This document shows, one piece after another, positions 59,900 through 64,000 of a DNA stretch of 64,000 nt. Each line of letters opens with the position of its first letter. Position 1 is the first letter of the stretch. Under the pieces are notes generated by a model that saw only the letters and a list, made by a program, of their open reading frames with translations, did no database searches and was not told the origin of the DNA. The position numbers and the translations under genes are program-made. Source of the stretch: Marsupella aquatica (taxonomy: Eukaryota; Plantae; Marchantiophyta); the NCBI GenBank assembly GCA_973895155.1, contig OZ316891.1, positions 20,534,169 to 20,598,168 on the forward strand, given 5' to 3'.

Positions 59900-61300
59900 C
59901 TTAACACCTGAATGTCTTCTTGCAAGTCATAAAATCCAATTATCAGAGTCCCTAGTAATTAGAACATATTCCTCAATGAAGAGTGCATCTTATTTTACTG
60001 GATCCACTCAATTCAAGCTGATATTTTTATTTCAGTAGGAAAATTGAACAGAAACTTTCAGTGACAACAAAACTATATTTTGTTTGTAACTGAAGCTTCA
60101 AGATTTTCAAAACCTCAAATATGATAGTATCCTACCTCCTTATTCTCGTTCAAAATGAATGACATCTGGATTCAGGACAATCGCACAATTAAAACCAATC
60201 AACTTAACCAGATGCAATAGTTAAGCCTAACACTGCATGAGACCATAGCCAGTGTTCTTAGATAGTACACTCCAAAGGATTCAAATATAATGCTTCTTGT
60301 CTAAGTGAATAAGGAATAGAGTATAGTCAGAACAACAAGCAAAGTGATATTTTGGTAGAGCATAAGTAGGGTTCAAGCTCCAATTAACCAGACTTGGAAC
60401 TACTAGTGACTTCATCTTCCTAGGAGTGGCGTGTCGCTGTGTCTATTCTCGTATCTATTTTGGTGCTAGTGACTAAGAGAGAGTGCACCTGGTGTCCCTA
60501 CCCATTGCAAAATAATAATCTATCCACCACAGATTGAAGAGTTGAATTCCAAAATAAAAGGAAGGTCAAGCCTATGAAAGCTTGTTGCTAGATAGGATTG
60601 GTGTCTAGAATACTACCTAGTTTCTAAGTTGGATAAACTCAAATAATATAAATTGGTTTTGTTGTCTCTGTTTTGACTTCATTATGAACAAGAGGTATGA
60701 CATGGCATTAACAAGTTAGGATACTATTTAGCCCCGGGGGGTTAACTAAGTGTATATTTTGGGGTACCACATGCGATCCTAGCCTAATATAAATAGACCT
60801 ATTTTATAAGGAAAATATTTCAAGAATATTTCTTATTTTCAATATTAATAACCTATTTGACTTTATAAAAGGTATACATTAGAGAATATTCCATAAAAAT
60901 GAGTTTATAATGCCTTCTTTTGCCTCCAACACTTTTTAAAAATTTAGTTCATTTCTATCAAAAATACCTATTTTGGACGCACTTGGTTCCTAAAATTTTT
61001 GATAGGCAATCTCCCAAGGATTTAGCAAGTGACATATAGCTTTCACTTAGGAAAATATGTGCCTTCTCTCAAATCTCAAATGGTAGGTCTTGTATCGCAG
61101 AGTTTCAGATTTTTCAAGAATAACCTTTTGAATAACGTTTATCCTAGTAAAATAATGTATCAATCCTAGAAAAAAGATGTGTGTGACATGGGTATGGGTC
61201 AAGTAGACAGCAGCCAGCTAGCATAGATCTCATTTGATATTAATTGAGTAATGATAATAGGGCACAATTCTTCTTAAGGAACTCCAATCAAAGTATTCCT
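59900..61300 (+). pseudogene. Highly degraded L1-type LINE reverse transcriptase remnant
   Basis: Eroded motifs in the expected order: SGF..RTIKTN (~60165), LFSYLF near the QGCPLSPYLF position (~60445), YFGVP (~60755). No open frame. Confidence 0.35.
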
Positions 61301-64000
61301 GTCTAGAACTTTAATTTTTTCAAAGTTGAACTAATGCAACTGGTAGAATTCTTCTCAAATGCATTAAGGCACTCTTTTAGTTTACCTCAATAAGAATTTT
61401 GTCAAGCTCCCAAAGTACATCATCCTCAACCACCTAGACATTAAACTTGTTGTTAACTCAATTGAAGCCATCTTGCAAGCTTTGATGTGCACAACACTTA
61501 CATATGACTTAACACATGTAAGACTTTGGTTGGGGACATGGCATAGATGTACTCCAAACTTTAAGGCTCCAGCCATAAGCTTGTGTGATTGGCTTTAAGG
61601 CTTGCACAATTTTAGAAGAAATTGCAATAAGAATGAAATTCTAAAATATATTGCAGTAAGAATGAGATGTATGTCACCTGATAGACAGGTAATAAAGATG
61701 ATACAAGTGGCCTCAAATCAATACCTGATTCCTACATGCAGTTCATAGCAGAACAAAATTAAACGTCATTTAGATTTCATGAAAAGCATTCTAGGAGTAT
61801 CAAGTAATTTCACAAACTTCATAATGTCCACCTGTGAAGCCATTAATTTTTTGATACACCTTGTATTGATGCCTTGGTTTTTATGTCCTCAAATCAACAA
61901 GTGACCTTTTTTCAGAAGAGTGCAATGCGCCAAATGTAATTATATGAGTGACTTGAAAAAATGAAACATTAAGTAGTCTAATTTCTACAAGGCCTTCGTC
62001 TGTGTAGACCAGCTGGTGTCTTTCTTCTTATGGTTTGCTTCCTCCATGTGTTTCTTTGGTGGTCCTCTTGCACTGCCAGTTCTGATAATAATTAAAAGCC
62101 AAAATAGGGACTCATAAGAAACATCAAAATAAGTGATAGGAGAGACATACAGTAGTACATTGAATTGGGTAGGGCGTACTGGTATCCAACTCCTTGATAG
62201 TAGGAAGACGTTGGATCTTAGGGGTCAGAACAGCCTGAAAGAATCCAAGCTTTGTTCATCAGATAGCTATGTATACCAAAATTTCTTTATCGAGAATTTT
62301 GTGTGGCACCCAGGACTGCAATGTGTCACTTCCTACACTAATGTGTGTCTTAATAAAAAACCCGAGAAGTCTTACAAATTTTAACACATGCTTGTTGAGT
62401 TCCTTCCCTCACTGAAGTAGGACACAAAGGTGTTTAAACATGTCCCTTAGGCTCCATTAAAAATACTTAATGACGTGTGTCTATAGAGGGTTCAAGTTTT
62501 GAGAATACCTCCTCTTCTAGATCTGGAATGTGTTGAGCATCTATAATGGAAAAGACATATATGTCAGGAGTGAGAAGTAATTAAACTCAACATGTGACAC
62601 GATAGTCAAATGTGGGATATTATCTTTGTAACTTTGTGTTATAATTGTTCTAGCTTAGGTAGACTAGCTGTTCAGCCAACTATTGTATTACTTTCACAAT
62701 GAAGTAAGTAAGAGCTCCCAAGGAATAAAGGGGGAGATACCATCTTCTTCCAAATGCTTGGACCTATCAGGGATTGTTTGCGCATATGGTCTGCTTTACG
62801 TCAATGACAAGCAAAACAAGTCCATCAAAGCTCCAAAAACTACGGTGAAGAATACTATTTCCCCAACTTCAAATATCTCAGAACGTTCAAAAACTTGTTA
62901 TTTGTTCAATTGGCTGGTGATGAATCTGATTTTGGAACTCACTCTGTATACATCAAACTTACCCCTGTTGATGGCGCCCAAGAGTGGTCTTGAACGCACC
63001 ATCAAACACCTCTTGTTGAGGATGGTCGTCCCATACTGCCTTAGAGATTGGAGGTGGGGAATCCTACATATCAAAGCTAGAACAAATTTGTCCCTGGCCT
63101 TATACATATGTTGTGAACCAAAACAAATAACCTTTTCTATTAAAAAAATGAATTAAAATTAAACAAAATTGATCAACTTATCCTTCAAAGTAAACATCTT
63201 GCCATGTGCATCATCCTTCTCACCCAATTAATTAGGAGCATCCAGAATGCACTACAATTCCAGCTTTTGAAAGTGTGCCATATAAACTGCAAAAACTAAT
63301 AGCGCGCATAACCTCCATACTCTTATGTTTGTTCAGAATCCTCTCTTTTGCACTAAGTGAGAAAAGCAGGTCACCGGAAAGGTTGATTTAACTGCCAAAG
63401 AGCTCACTCCTCCAGACTCCACTTGGGAGAGGAGACAAAAATTGAAGCTACCAAGGATTCTTTCTTTAATCATACACACCTCTTCAGTAATTTCACTTGA
63501 TACTGCACAACCCTCAATCAACATTGATAATTTATCCCTTTTAGTTTGGCCCCTGTCCTCCATCCTTTGAGCTACTCAATTGGCTCAGTCATACTTCTTC
63601 TCCAAGATTGGGTTTTAGTGTAGCGTTCATGGATATATGCTCCTAAGACTGCTCTTATAATTCTTGGTGGAAGTTAGTTAACAAACTTATTGAAGTTCAT
63701 GCTCAGATGAACCACATTGTTTAACCATGCAACTTGGATGCACCTAGTAGGTTTTGGGACTGTGACTGTCACTCAAGGATAGAAGCTATTTGAGTTGAAA
63801 TAGTAGTTTAAAATGGGCCAGCTGATTGCAATGGTGTATCCGAGTTCTTGGTTGCACATTGTGGTCCGTCTAGGCCTATTTTTTGAGCTTCTTCTTTTGG
63901 GCATCCTTGCTTCCAACCTAATGTTCTCCTGTTAGATAATCCCAGATCTAACTCATCACTAAACTCTATACAACTTTGGTTACTTATCTACTGAACAAAG

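Noticed and set aside
62600-63600. Possible LINE ORF1 remnant on the minus strand
   Set aside because: Only vague compositional similarity; too eroded to call.

Overview
Plant nuclear DNA, probably from a non-seed land plant (inferred from the gene and TE content). There are three host genes. (1) A two-exon RD receptor-like kinase on the minus strand (1716-4626) with an unusual ricin-B-lectin plus DUF642-like ectodomain. (2) A nine-exon CCZ1 vacuolar-fusion gene on the minus strand (9147-12775). (3) An ARM-repeat gene on the plus strand (52485-54377). The centre of the window (about 16.7-39.6 kb) is a transposon nest whose junctions can be read at base resolution. A degraded Replitron-type HUH/Y1 element, bracketed by a ~323-bp direct duplication, was invaded by a Ty1/copia element (18540-36268, TSD ACATT). 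That copia element in turn carries a CACTA element (20100-30993, TSD GCA) and a 4.7-kb TG...CA insert (31403-36112, TSD CTTGG). The most striking observation is an uninterrupted SET-domain ORF inside the first intron of the CACTA transposase. It is in frame with the transposase's first exon, so alternative splicing could give either a transposase or a putative transposon-encoded lysine methyltransferase. A tRNA-SINE with a 15-bp TSD, a solo LTR, a TIR element, Helitron-like relics, LINE debris and many tandem repeats fill the rest. All domain calls come from motifs recognised by eye; no database searches were run.
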